DNA of 54,196 nucleotides from a virus (taxonomy: Duplodnaviria > Caudoviricetes): positions 1 to 54,196 of IMG/VR virus record IMGVR_UViG_3300045741_000133. The stretch is one strand, 5' to 3'. Below, piece after piece: positions 29,978 to 39,059 of this stretch. The position numbers were made by a program, and so were the translations under genes. The notes under the pieces were generated by a model. That model had not been told where the DNA came from. It made no database searches and saw only the letters and a program-made list of their open reading frames with translations. Numbering within the stretch: the stretch's first letter is position 1; each line of letters starts with the position of its first letter.

Positions 29978-30179
29978 AGGATCAACTAGAATCAACCTAG
30001 ATCAGATAACGTCTTACTCGAAAGACTTCGACATCACACCACCGAACGGCAAGACTGACACCTTGATCCTCACTATCGGTTCAGCGCTTCGGAAGATGAG
30101 CTACTTAAATCAAGAGGATCGTGATGCGGACTTCAAGGCGCTCGACGCCTACTTCAAACTGGATAGTGATCTACGATAG
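29958..30179 (+). CDS. Hypothetical protein
   Basis: AAGGA RBS. Confidence 0.55.
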   Translation: MRQFKDKGSTRINLDQITSYSKDFDITPPNGKTDTLILTIGSALRKMSYLNQEDRDADFKALDAYFKLDSDLR

Positions 30180-30370
30180 ACACTACGTCTACGTTCGGCA
30201 TCAATCATCTCGCTTTGAGACATCCTCAGCGCTTCTGGCGTATCTCGTTTACTGGGCATGGCACTTCAGATATGTTATGACCTGGCTACCGGTCAAGCGT
30301 CTAGTCTTGTATCGGACCATAGGTAACGTAGTTGATTTAGGCTCGTATTTAGAGAGCACAGAAGGGGACC

Positions 30371-30688
30371 ATGGTAGACTTCGACGAAAATCACAAAGGG
30401 AGCGAAACTTACATCGCCTATAAAGCGATTGAGAATCGACTGACCGACGAGTTTCAGACATTGACTCTAGAGATCATGGTCGAGAACTATATCCGTCGCG
30501 AGATGCGTCACCGCGGTCTTATGTCAGACCGAGACTTTCAGAACATCAAGAACATCTGGAGATCGATAGCTGAGGAGCTTAAGGTTCTTCAGAAGTATCC
30601 ATACTCTATGGAGTCGTTCCCGCACGCGCACCCGATGACGGTGATCGCAGTTAAACTTGCTAAATCACGTTTAGGAGTTGAGGTATGA
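30371..30688 (+). CDS. Hypothetical protein
   Basis: AGGGG RBS, coupled to the ligase. Confidence 0.55.
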   Translation: MVDFDENHKGSETYIAYKAIENRLTDEFQTLTLEIMVENYIRREMRHRGLMSDRDFQNIKNIWRSIAEELKVLQKYPYSMESFPHAHPMTVIAVKLAKSRLGVEV

Positions 30689-31554
30689 TAACGCAACCGA
30701 TGCTAGCCGCCAAGAAGCCGGTGTTCGAGAAGATCGAGTTTCCGGTTCTCGCGACTCCCAAGATCGACGGCATCCGCTGCGTAAAGGTTAACGGCAAAGC
30801 CTTGAGTCGGTCGTTCAAGCCGATCCCGAACGTCCACATCCGAGGTCTTATCGAGACGCTGCCAGACGGCCTCGACGGCGAGCTGGTTGCTGGCTCTAAC
30901 TTCAACGAAGTACAATCTGGGATCATGACTCACGCGGGAGCGCCCGACTTTAAGTACCTGGTGTTTGACTACGTGAGCAAATCATTGATCGAGCCGTATG
31001 CTGCTCGAGTGATGAACCTTAGAGCGTTGTCGCTTCCGTCGTTCGTCGAGGTCTTGTACCCAGAGGTAGCCAACAACTTGGAAGAACTTCAAGTCATCAT
31101 CGACAAGCACCTAGCTCAAGGTTTTGAAGGTACCATGATCCGCAGCCCAGGCTCGCCGTACAAGTGTGGACGCTCTACACTCAAAGAAGGATATCTGACC
31201 GCGATAAAACACTTCGTCGATGCAGAGGCAGAGCTCATCGGTTTTGAGGAGCTGTTTCACAACGAGAACGAGCAGGAGCTGAACGAGCTCGGGTACAAGG
31301 ATAGATCGTCTCACAAGAGCAACATGGTTCCTGGAAACACTCTCGGTGCGTTCATAGTTAAGTCTGAGGACGGTACCGTGTTCAAGATCGGGACTGGAGT
31401 CGGTCTTACCCAAGCCTTTCGCAAGGAGATTTGGGACAACCAGTCTAAGTTCCTAGGTAAGCTCGTGCACTACCGCTACCAACCGCACGGAGTCAAGGAT
31501 CGCCCCAGGGTTCCCAGCTTCTACGGGTTTCGCAGTCGGGAGGACATGTCATGA
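30685..31554 (+). CDS. lig: Minimal ATP-dependent DNA ligase
   Basis: KIDGIR adenylation motif, LDGEL, VFD, EGTMIR, OB domain ending RVPSFYGFR. Confidence 0.93.
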   Translation: MITQPMLAAKKPVFEKIEFPVLATPKIDGIRCVKVNGKALSRSFKPIPNVHIRGLIETLPDGLDGELVAGSNFNEVQSGIMTHAGAPDFKYLVFDYVSKSLIEPYAARVMNLRALSLPSFVEVLYPEVANNLEELQVIIDKHLAQGFEGTMIRSPGSPYKCGRSTLKEGYLTAIKHFVDAEAELIGFEELFHNENEQELNELGYKDRSSHKSNMVPGNTLGAFIVKSEDGTVFKIGTGVGLTQAFRKEIWDNQSKFLGKLVHYRYQPHGVKDRPRVPSFYGFRSREDMS

Positions 31555-31775
31555 CGAAGATAACCTCGCAGATAAAGAAGCTTAGTACCGGAGTCTGGTT
31601 TACGTACCCGGACGGTCTCATCTTTAGAACAAATCCAAACGACAACCGATTCATAGCTAAGCACCTAGACGTTGCAGTCCTCAAGAAGGCGACGATATCT
31701 ATCGTAGTTCGGGAGGACAGCGAGCTGCTTAGCGTAGCTTTTCGAGGAGCAGACCATGCTAAATCGTATTATTGA
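31551..31775 (+). CDS. Hypothetical protein
   Basis: GGAGG RBS, coupled. Confidence 0.55.
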   Translation: MTKITSQIKKLSTGVWFTYPDGLIFRTNPNDNRFIAKHLDVAVLKKATISIVVREDSELLSVAFRGADHAKSYY

Positions 31776-32328
31776 GAAGATAGTTCAGGCCTTGATCAGG
31801 TCGTGCGTAAAACGCGGGAAGATGTTTAAGATCACTGGAGAGCCTTCTCAGAAGGAAGACGTCTACTTAGTTAGGTACGTCGTCTTCAAGACCAGGTTCT
31901 TGTCGCTCTACATCCACCGATTCATGAGGTCTGACTCATCTGATCCACACGACCATCCCTGGAACTTCTTCACGTACGTAGTTTCTGGGTCATATAAAGA
32001 ACACTTCTACGACACGATGAAGCCTCGCGAGCGCAAGGACTACTTCTTCACCGCTAGCAAGAAGCGTCAGTTCACCTCGCTGTGGACTCCTAAGATCAAC
32101 ATCCGCAAAGCAGGCTCGCTCGCGTACCGAAGAGCCGAAGACATCCACTGGGTAGAGACCGATAAGGTTAGATCCATCTGGGAGATCAACGAGGCGCCAC
32201 TCACGATCTGCTTGATCTTGCGCCGCCGTCGAAGATGGGGTTTTTGGACCTCTAGTCATACTTTCGTTGATTGGCGCAAATTCCTTAAGGTTAGGCCGAA
32301 CGATCCCCGAATCGAGGGAGCCGAGTAG
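31756..32328 (+). CDS. Cupin-fold protein
   Basis: HDHPW...GSYKE...H motif and RRWGF. Confidence 0.7.
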   Translation: MLNRIIEKIVQALIRSCVKRGKMFKITGEPSQKEDVYLVRYVVFKTRFLSLYIHRFMRSDSSDPHDHPWNFFTYVVSGSYKEHFYDTMKPRERKDYFFTASKKRQFTSLWTPKINIRKAGSLAYRRAEDIHWVETDKVRSIWEINEAPLTICLILRRRRRWGFWTSSHTFVDWRKFLKVRPNDPRIEGAE

Positions 32329-32546
32329 TGAAGCGCAGCGAGATCATAAAAAACGTAGTTAATGACTCAGAGGGTAAGTACTCCGAGAACACCGTCAACG
32401 AGATCTTGTTCTTGCTCGAGAGCTACGGCATAAAGCCTCCAACGTATCGTGAGAAGTCGATCATGCCTGGCTACGAGTACTTCGAGGTCGATAAATGGGA
32501 GCCTGAGAGTCAGCAGGCGTCCCAAGACGATACGAACATATCTTGA
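32328..32546 (+). CDS. Hypothetical protein
   Basis: Coupled ORF with RBS. Confidence 0.5.
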   Translation: MKRSEIIKNVVNDSEGKYSENTVNEILFLLESYGIKPPTYREKSIMPGYEYFEVDKWEPESQQASQDDTNIS

Positions 32547-32809
32547 TGGTGGTAGATCTCGTCGAAGCGCTCGTGATGGATCATCTTACGGACCCAGCGA
32601 CGCTCTTCGCGATTGCCGCGGTCCTTTAGATACCTTCTGCACTTGCACCAGGTTCGATGCTTAGATTGATCCTTGGCGAAGCCCTTGCGCTCGCGCCAAT
32701 CGTCCTTGACATGATCCTTATCCTTCTTGCGGTAAGATCCGTCTTGACGAAACTTAGATACGCCGGCGTGCATCAAGTGACGACGCGCCAGCCAAGCTTT
32801 TAATGTCAT
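32510..32809 (-). CDS. Small highly basic protein, isolated antisense gene
   Basis: AAAGGAG RBS; Arg/Lys/His-rich 99 aa. Confidence 0.65.
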   Translation of the reverse strand: MTLKAWLARRHLMHAGVSKFRQDGSYRKKDKDHVKDDWRERKGFAKDQSKHRTWCKCRRYLKDRGNREERRWVRKMIHHERFDEIYHHQDMFVSSWDAC

Positions 32810-32812
32810 AAA

Positions 32813-32856
32813 ACAACTCCTTTAAGTTACCTAAAGAATTGTCATGACCAGCCTCC
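32813..32856 (-). promoter_or_regulatory. Mini uORF (MTIL*, 32831-32845) within an SD-sequestering hairpin
   Basis: GGAGG-N6-ATG ACA ATT CTT TAG; ACAATTCTTTAGG pairs with CTTAAAGGAGTTGT. Confidence 0.6.
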
Positions 32857-32955
32857 AAAGTGGTTAAAAGTTGAACATACGATCATACCAAGACCGTGAA
32901 ATATGCCTTCACATGGTTAAGTCGAGCTGGTAAAGTCTCGGTATTCGGAGGTCCT

Positions 32956-33177
32956 ATGAAGGTGTTTAACATAGTGGCGCTATCACTTGCTTTGGCGATC
33001 CTCGGTTCCCAGGGCGTAGCGATGTTGTTTGAGAGCTTACTTGGGCAGTCTGGTCAGCTTCCTGCGATGCTGGCTGCGGTAGCGATCGGTATCTCAGCTA
33101 GACGCTTGGTCGAGTACATTCTTGGCTACTCCCTCAGCAGCGCGCTCCGAGGCGAAGATGACACCCAGCAACGATAA
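32956..33177 (+). CDS. Small membrane protein
   Basis: GGAGG RBS, two hydrophobic segments. Confidence 0.55.
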   Translation: MKVFNIVALSLALAILGSQGVAMLFESLLGQSGQLPAMLAAVAIGISARRLVEYILGYSLSSALRGEDDTQQR

Positions 33178-33457
33178 GATCACGAGAGAGCCTAGAGACT
33201 ACTGGCGCCCGGTAGCGATCCCGCTAGAGCAGCGATACGAGATGATCATGCAAGTCATGAACTCTACTCGCAAGTTCATGACGTCTAGGCAGATCGCCGA
33301 TTCTTACATCAACAACCCAACGACATCGGATGTTCTCGTGACGGGTTCGATCCTTAACGTATTGGCGCTCGCGAACTTGGTGACTAAGCGTCAGCTTAAC
33401 TTACCGTCAAAGGTCACTCGGTACGAGTATAAACTTCGGGGGAACAATGCGAAATAA
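33158..33457 (+). CDS. Hypothetical protein (possible winged HTH)
   Basis: MTSRQIA...LVTK...YEY pattern. Confidence 0.5.
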   Translation: MTPSNDKITREPRDYWRPVAIPLEQRYEMIMQVMNSTRKFMTSRQIADSYINNPTTSDVLVTGSILNVLALANLVTKRQLNLPSKVTRYEYKLRGNNAK

Positions 33458-33680
33458 CAAACAAGTCGAGCTGTTCGACAACTGGTTCAAGGTTAAGATG
33501 ATGTCTCGCGTCATAAAGAACGATAGTCAACAGGTCGAGTACGCGTACATCGACGCGAAGGACGCAGACGCTGCGAAAGCTAGAGCCATAGCTTCCGCGG
33601 GACCTGGGTGGATCGCGAAGATAAAGCCCATCTCTTACCGACAGATGATCAAGGAGATCTCGTGCGAGCGATCTTACTGA
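33447..33680 (+). CDS. Hypothetical protein
   Basis: ORF in operon. Confidence 0.5.
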   Translation: MRNNKQVELFDNWFKVKMMSRVIKNDSQQVEYAYIDAKDADAAKARAIASAGPGWIAKIKPISYRQMIKEISCERSY

Positions 33681-34210
33681 TCCTGCTCGTAGCTGGCTTT
33701 GGGTGCTGTAGACCTCCGTCGGAGCCCGACTGTGGGTTCGTACAAAACGAGTACTCACGCAGAGTATCATGGCCAAAGCATCCCGTCTCGTTCACGATCG
33801 ATGCTTCTGCTAAGGCATACGAGTCTGGCATCCGCTTCGCAGCCAGCGAGTGGAACCGTCAATCGGGAAGAACCTTGTTTCGAGAGGTAAGCCCTGATGT
33901 ACCTGCCGACATTATCATATTCGTCCTATCCCCGTGGGACGGGCTCGCAAGTGAGGAAGCTAGAACAACCATCTATTTTTCAGACGATAACATCAACCAC
34001 GCTCTCATTAAGATAAACCCTCAGTACGCGTTCTACAACGGTCCGTATGGCTTCGGGGTATCGATGGACTCGCTGATGATCCACGAATTAGGACACGCTC
34101 TAGGTCTCGCGCACCATCCAGGAACCGTGATGAACCCGTTGCTTGCGGAAGGCGAGTATCGCATCACTTTGAGTCAGCACGAGCTCGACGCCATGGCGTG
34201 CGAGTACTAA
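33662..34210 (+). CDS. Matrixin-family (M10-like) zinc metalloprotease, probable lipoprotein
   Basis: HELGHALGLAH zinc motif and VMNP Met-turn; GTG start behind AAGGAG gives a hydrophobic signal ending in Cys. Confidence 0.88.
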   Translation: MRAILLILLVAGFGCCRPPSEPDCGFVQNEYSRRVSWPKHPVSFTIDASAKAYESGIRFAASEWNRQSGRTLFREVSPDVPADIIIFVLSPWDGLASEEARTTIYFSDDNINHALIKINPQYAFYNGPYGFGVSMDSLMIHELGHALGLAHHPGTVMNPLLAEGEYRITLSQHELDAMACEY

Positions 34211-34254
34211 ACGTCCCAGTCTGAGGCATCCTAAGTATTTTGTTGAGACAGACT

Positions 34255-34281
34255 TAACTTTTTAGCTCTACTTGCCGATAG
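34255..34281 (+). promoter_or_regulatory. Sigma28 (FliA)-like promoter
   Basis: TAACTTTT-N11-GCCGATAG compared with consensus TAAAGTTT-N11-GCCGATAA. Confidence 0.6.
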
Positions 34282-34315
34282 GTACTCGTACGATGAGAGT
34301 AACAAAGGAGCAAAC

Positions 34316-35032
34316 ATGAAGAACGTTATCGGAAATCAAAGAGGAATGAGCCTGATCGGAGTCGTGGTCGCCATGGGTATCATGGGTATCTTAATGATGG
34401 TGCTCGCGGACATGACGGTGATGATGACCAAGAACAACACCACCGCGCTAGCTAACTCGGACATCTTGGCTTACGTTAACCAGATTCGCAGCAACATCCA
34501 AGATCCTATGCGAGCTACGACGATGCTAGCTGGAAATCAGACTACTGGCGCCGTCGTAGTCAACGATCCGCTGGTGTCAGGAACTATCTTAGCTCAGGCC
34601 GGGATGAAGCCGAACAACGCGGTAGCTTGGAGCATTAAGCGCGTTGGTTTCGAGAACGTTCTTCCCGCCGGCGCTACCGGCTTGTATAGATTGACGCTGG
34701 TCTTGATCACCGAGAAGACTCAAGGAATGGTCATCGGGCCCACGATCGCTCGCCGCGTAGTAGGTGACGTGTACTGCTTCGTAGCTTCTAACGTGATCAC
34801 GACTTGCACCGGTGGAACCGATCCTGTAGCTCAGGCAAAGGTTCAGTGTCAAGCTCTGGGTGGAACCTGGGTCGACGCCGCAGCTTTCGGAAGTCAGTGC
34901 ACCCTCAGACTCCCAGCCTCAACCGGCGGCGGAGATGATGACAAGGACAAAGGCGACCACAACCATGACGGACACGAAGACAACGGTCACGGTTCATACG
35001 GTAACTCTAACGGTCACCCCTGCAACCACTAA
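34316..35032 (+). CDS. Type IV pilin-like protein (class III signal peptide)
   Basis: NQRG|MSLIGVVVAMGIMGIL prepilin cleavage site, C-terminal Cys pairs, His/Asp tail; AAAGGAG RBS. Confidence 0.8.
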   Translation: MKNVIGNQRGMSLIGVVVAMGIMGILMMVLADMTVMMTKNNTTALANSDILAYVNQIRSNIQDPMRATTMLAGNQTTGAVVVNDPLVSGTILAQAGMKPNNAVAWSIKRVGFENVLPAGATGLYRLTLVLITEKTQGMVIGPTIARRVVGDVYCFVASNVITTCTGGTDPVAQAKVQCQALGGTWVDAAAFGSQCTLRLPASTGGGDDDKDKGDHNHDGHEDNGHGSYGNSNGHPCNH

Positions 35033-35042
35033 GGAGGATGAT

Positions 35043-35369
35043 ATGAAGCAGTACGTTACGGAACATCCGAAGTTGACGATCATACAGAAGAAGTTCTTGC
35101 TCGAGGCGATCGAGCAAGGTCGCGAGGTTGAGGTAGTAGAGTCTAACTCTGAGTTGATCTCGACCAAGAACAAGATCTGGGTTCAGGCTACTGACCAGCG
35201 CGGGTACTACGATGAGATGCTCGATAAGTCGACATCCGTAGGCTTCGCGCTGATCTTAAAAGACCTGATCCAAGACGTACCGATCTGGGGCGAGCTTACT
35301 GACGATGACAAGCACCAGATCTTAGACTTGAAAGGTCTGCTTGAGGAGTCTGAAGAAGAGGCTGCATGA
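35043..35369 (+). CDS. Hypothetical protein
   Basis: AAGGAGG RBS before ATG 35043. Confidence 0.6.
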   Translation: MKQYVTEHPKLTIIQKKFLLEAIEQGREVEVVESNSELISTKNKIWVQATDQRGYYDEMLDKSTSVGFALILKDLIQDVPIWGELTDDDKHQILDLKGLLEESEEEAA

Positions 35370-35602
35370 CTTGGACGAAGATGGTAGTTTACATGCAGTC
35401 AAACCCCGTATCGGTGTGGGTCAACGAGAGCAACACAAGAGTAGTTACCTTCCATCAGTACGGTCGATATACTAGTCTTCGCTCAGACGTTAACGCGCTT
35501 GACTTCGCGCTTGACTTCTTGTTCGGGAACGACATGACGCTTGAAAAGTACTTAAACTCTCTCGAGGACACGCGGGAGATAGACATAAGGATGGTAGCAT
35601 GA
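35366..35602 (+). CDS. Hypothetical protein
   Basis: ATGA coupling. Confidence 0.55.
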   Translation: MTWTKMVVYMQSNPVSVWVNESNTRVVTFHQYGRYTSLRSDVNALDFALDFLFGNDMTLEKYLNSLEDTREIDIRMVA

Positions 35603-35877
35603 AACGACTTAACCTTGAGCTGCTAGTACCGGACGACGTCTCGGTTCAAAACATCGCTGATTTGTTGTTCGCTGGAACTAAGCAGATCGCTCTCCCAGCT
35701 AAGGACCCAAACTTTAGAATCTTGCTTGACATAGAGTTCGTCTCAGACGGTAAGACCGCGGTGATCTCGAAGAGATCCGTAGCGATCCCGAAGGACATGA
35801 CTAAGTCTAACCCAGAGATGGAGCTAGTTAAGCGCGAGGCCGACAAGGACTCTAAAGCTTCAGACGAAGAGGAGTAG
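35599..35877 (+). CDS. Hypothetical protein
   Basis: ATGA coupling. Confidence 0.55.
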   Translation: MKRLNLELLVPDDVSVQNIADLLFAGTKQIALPAKDPNFRILLDIEFVSDGKTAVISKRSVAIPKDMTKSNPEMELVKREADKDSKASDEEE

Positions 35878-35880
35878 TCC

Positions 35881-36108
35881 TTGGACAAGCACGAGAAGAT
35901 CATGATGGGATTAGAGAAGCTAGCGAACGCTGAGGGTTACGCCTTGAGCGTCATGACCGGTCGCGACGAGCAAGGTCGCTGGTTGATCAAGCTTCAAGCA
36001 GGCCAAGCCAAGCTCTACGTAGGACTCGGTGCTTTCGCGAGGGCACCGGGCATAGTGTTGGAGCCGTTCGTCGAGGAGCTGATAAAGCAGCTGAGAGCCG
36101 AGCGGTAG
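35881..36108 (+). CDS. Hypothetical protein
   Basis: AGGAG RBS, TTG start. Confidence 0.5.
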   Translation: MDKHEKIMMGLEKLANAEGYALSVMTGRDEQGRWLIKLQAGQAKLYVGLGAFARAPGIVLEPFVEELIKQLRAER

Positions 36109-36145
36109 ATTTTTTAAGGTAACGAGTATCCTTAAGGAGGATGAC

Positions 36146-36445
36146 ATGAACTACTTAATCGCTTTGTTCGGCATCGCTACGGCGCAAGCCTCGATCCCGC
36201 CGATCACCTACGGCAACTTGTCTTACGAGTCAGACGTGAGACCTATCATGACTCGCCGCTGCGAGAAGTGCCACAACGGTACCAACCAGCTCCCGAACAT
36301 CCTCAAGTACGAGGTTGCCTTTCAGCTTCGCGAGGAGATCAAGGCTCGGGTGTCGGGCGATCGCAGCATGCCTAAGTACGGTCAGATCACCGAGAGCGAG
36401 CGAAACACGATCAAGCGCTGGGTCGAGCAAGGCGCTCAAAAGTGA
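36146..36445 (+). CDS. Small secreted c-type cytochrome
   Basis: Signal peptide ending AQA, CEKCH heme motif, distal SMP, IKRWVEQGA. Confidence 0.8.
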   Translation: MNYLIALFGIATAQASIPPITYGNLSYESDVRPIMTRRCEKCHNGTNQLPNILKYEVAFQLREEIKARVSGDRSMPKYGQITESERNTIKRWVEQGAQK

Positions 36446-37008
36446 GCATCAAGTCTGATCCTAATTTCATCAGACTCAAGAAGGAGCTGAGAGAGCTCCA
36501 CGGTCTACAGTGGACTAAGGTTCAGACCTTGCGAAGGTTCGTTCGAATACAAGCTGATCTTCAGCGAAGGATGCACAAGAACTCGGTCGTCATGGACGAG
36601 GCGTCCGGACACGGTGGTGCTAGGTACATTCCAGAATACGCCGCCACCGACTTCAGAAAAGTCAGCCGAGCGATCTCGAGACTGGCCAAGGACATTGAAG
36701 CTCGTCGAAAGATCATCTCGATGCGCGAGAGCGAGATCGAGTACGCTAAGAACACCGTAGTCATGAACGCGTACTTCGAGACCTCGACCGGTGTAGTTGG
36801 CATCCACGCGGTGTGCTTCAAGTGTCCCGACGGCACGATGATCCAGGAAGAGATCTGGGGAAACAACTACCGCAGGAACACGGATGGCAAGCTAGAGATG
36901 GCTGGAGGCTCGTTTAGAGTGTTCAACACCTTCGAGGCTACCGTCAAGGACTTGGAGTCAGATCCAGAGCTTAAGAGGATATCCGACGATCAGGAGGTAG
37001 CTCGATGA
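36442..37008 (+). CDS. Hypothetical protein
   Basis: Coupled ORF. Confidence 0.55.
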   Translation: MSIKSDPNFIRLKKELRELHGLQWTKVQTLRRFVRIQADLQRRMHKNSVVMDEASGHGGARYIPEYAATDFRKVSRAISRLAKDIEARRKIISMRESEIEYAKNTVVMNAYFETSTGVVGIHAVCFKCPDGTMIQEEIWGNNYRRNTDGKLEMAGGSFRVFNTFEATVKDLESDPELKRISDDQEVAR

Positions 37009-37505
37009 CTAACGTAGCAACCATGAACACACAAGCGGGTCCGATCAAGATCTGCACGGTGTTCGACTTCATCCGCGAGGCGAAGCGCGAGATGCTTCCC
37101 AAGCACTACGAGGATATCGCGGTCGCTCAGAAGGAGTTCTACTCAAGTGCCAACCACTTTAAGTACGGGTTTCGCCCGGACGCTAGAGTCATCGCTGAGA
37201 CTCGTCACACCCTGAAGCTGAACCCGATGAAGCTCTTGACCGAGCTCAAGAAGACCACGACGACACTGTACCGCGAGTCAAAGAACCTGACGCTCGAGGA
37301 TCTCATCTACGGAGTCGTGAGCGTGTCGATGCACGAGTCCGGTCAACCGACCCACTTCTTCTGCATCGGTGAGGATCTGTACTGCCTGGTCTCGGTCGAG
37401 GACGTGGTGCTGTTTCTTACGGCCGACTATCACCAGCAGCTCGTGTGCACCAGACCCAACCGCAACTTTAACATCTATGCGCCTCACTTGAGGGTGGAGT
37501 TTTAG
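37005..37505 (+). CDS. Hypothetical protein
   Basis: AGGAGG RBS. Confidence 0.6.
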   Translation: MTNVATMNTQAGPIKICTVFDFIREAKREMLPKHYEDIAVAQKEFYSSANHFKYGFRPDARVIAETRHTLKLNPMKLLTELKKTTTTLYRESKNLTLEDLIYGVVSVSMHESGQPTHFFCIGEDLYCLVSVEDVVLFLTADYHQQLVCTRPNRNFNIYAPHLRVEF

Positions 37506-37506
37506 G

Positions 37507-37881
37507 ATGAATCGTCGAAGCTTTATATCATCGATCATGGGACTCTCAGCGCTTAGCCAAGTTCCGGCTAAGTTCTTCTGGTTTCAATCAGCCGCCGCAA
37601 GTGTCACCAATGCCAAGGCCGAGCAACTTAGGCGTGATCTCGCCAACGCCCGAAGAGGCGACGTGTTCATCGTCCGCAACAGCAAGTTCACTCGCTCGAT
37701 CAGGGTCCCTAGCGGAGTAACGTTCATCGCGGACGCCACGGATCCTAAGAGTCGCCTAACCTTCAGCGAGATCTGGGTGGACGGAACCATCTGGTTCTTC
37801 GGGATCGGGCAAGAATCAGCACTCAAGTTTCAGACCATCGCCAAGCGAGTAAAGAGATACGAGAACATCTATGAAGCGTAA
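37507..37881 (+). CDS. Protein with twin-arginine (Tat)-like signal
   Basis: MNRRSFISSIMGLSAL. Confidence 0.55.
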   Translation: MNRRSFISSIMGLSALSQVPAKFFWFQSAAASVTNAKAEQLRRDLANARRGDVFIVRNSKFTRSIRVPSGVTFIADATDPKSRLTFSEIWVDGTIWFFGIGQESALKFQTIAKRVKRYENIYEA

Positions 37882-38083
37882 GAAGGCTAAGCCTAAGAAG
37901 GCGGAGCTTCCTCACGGGTATCTCTGCGCGGAGTGCGCGGAGGCTAAGGGACTTAAGTGGCCTGAGGGTCACTGCGCGACGTCTCACTACGACGAGTGCC
38001 CGTACTGCCGCGAGATCAAGGGTCTAACCTCCGTAACCGACTGGCTGAGGCCGGGTCAAAAGGAGCTCAAGTCATGGGACTGA
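37871..38083 (+). CDS. Small zinc-finger protein
   Basis: CAEC...CATSH...CPYC. Confidence 0.55.
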   Translation: MKRKKAKPKKAELPHGYLCAECAEAKGLKWPEGHCATSHYDECPYCREIKGLTSVTDWLRPGQKELKSWD

Positions 38084-38289
38084 AGCGAGTCATCAAGGTC
38101 CGAGAGGACAAAAAATCCGGCGAGTTTTACCTGAGATTGAAAGACTTCTCCAAGATGGTGGACGTGTCGAAGGTTAAGTCGTATACCCTGGAGCCGGTGC
38201 ACGACGACTCTCCGGAGCACGAGCCCGTACGCTGCTTGATCCTAAAGTTCTACGACGAGGACGGAAACCCAGTGGAGGCTAAGTCATGA
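38074..38289 (+). CDS. Hypothetical protein
   Basis: AAGGAG RBS before ATG 38074. Confidence 0.55.
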   Translation: MGLKRVIKVREDKKSGEFYLRLKDFSKMVDVSKVKSYTLEPVHDDSPEHEPVRCLILKFYDEDGNPVEAKS

Positions 38290-38537
38290 TCAAGAGATTA
38301 GCGCTGACCTTGGTGGTCCTAACCGTGCTAGCTTACGGGGCGCGAGACAAGATGCTGAACGACTGCTCGAGGGCTTGGACCGACGAGCTAGCGTGGGAAT
38401 GGCGCTTGAGGACCCGAGAAGTTCAGAACGACCCCGAGGTTCGCGAGATCACGAAGGGTATGTACGACCGAGCCTCCGACCTACGCGTGGAAGTCTGCAC
38501 GCGTCAGTACCGCTGGGGCTTATGGAGGTTGTTGTGA
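38286..38537 (+). CDS. Hypothetical exported protein
   Basis: GGAGG RBS, N-terminal hydrophobic segment. Confidence 0.55.
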   Translation: MIKRLALTLVVLTVLAYGARDKMLNDCSRAWTDELAWEWRLRTREVQNDPEVREITKGMYDRASDLRVEVCTRQYRWGLWRLL

Positions 38538-38866
38538 GAAGGATGTCACCTAGGCACAAGAACCAAAGACTGATGAAGCTCGCCAAGATCCAGATGAGCG
38601 TAGACTCGAGCGCCTACGGAACGCACGCTAGGATCCGTGAGCTATGCACGCGCGTCATAGAGACTCCTACTATGTCTCCTAAGCTTAGGGAGAACTTAAC
38701 TAACAACCTTAACGCGATGCTCACCCAGAACCGCTCGACCGCGGGCGAGTTCATGCAAAGATTCGTGAACGAGCGAACCATCGACTCGTACCTTGAGTTC
38801 CTCCAGGACCGACTAGGGATGTCGTACGAGGAGCTGGAGGCGGTTTACGGAGAGGCTAAGTCGTGA
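38522..38866 (+). CDS. Hypothetical protein
   Basis: 3' part of ORF 38375..38866; start uncertain. Confidence 0.5.
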   Translation: MEVVVRRMSPRHKNQRLMKLAKIQMSVDSSAYGTHARIRELCTRVIETPTMSPKLRENLTNNLNAMLTQNRSTAGEFMQRFVNERTIDSYLEFLQDRLGMSYEELEAVYGEAKS

Positions 38867-39059
38867 CGATCGAGCTCCCGCTTCCTGGGTACGACCAGTG
38901 TATCTTGACCGTGTCGATGGCTAACTTCCCTAGGCGCAAGCTATGGAGCCGAGCGCTACCGAGGGTAGTCAGCGTCGACTCCGTCGGACCCTGGGGTGAT
39001 CCTTACGTCCACCACGTCTTCAGGTGGGCTTGGCTCCGGATCGACTGGTACCGGTTGTG

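Noticed and set aside
35494-35517. 12-bp tandem repeat CGCGCTTGACTT x2
   Set aside because: In-frame duplication encoding ALDFALDF; no spacers, so not CRISPR.
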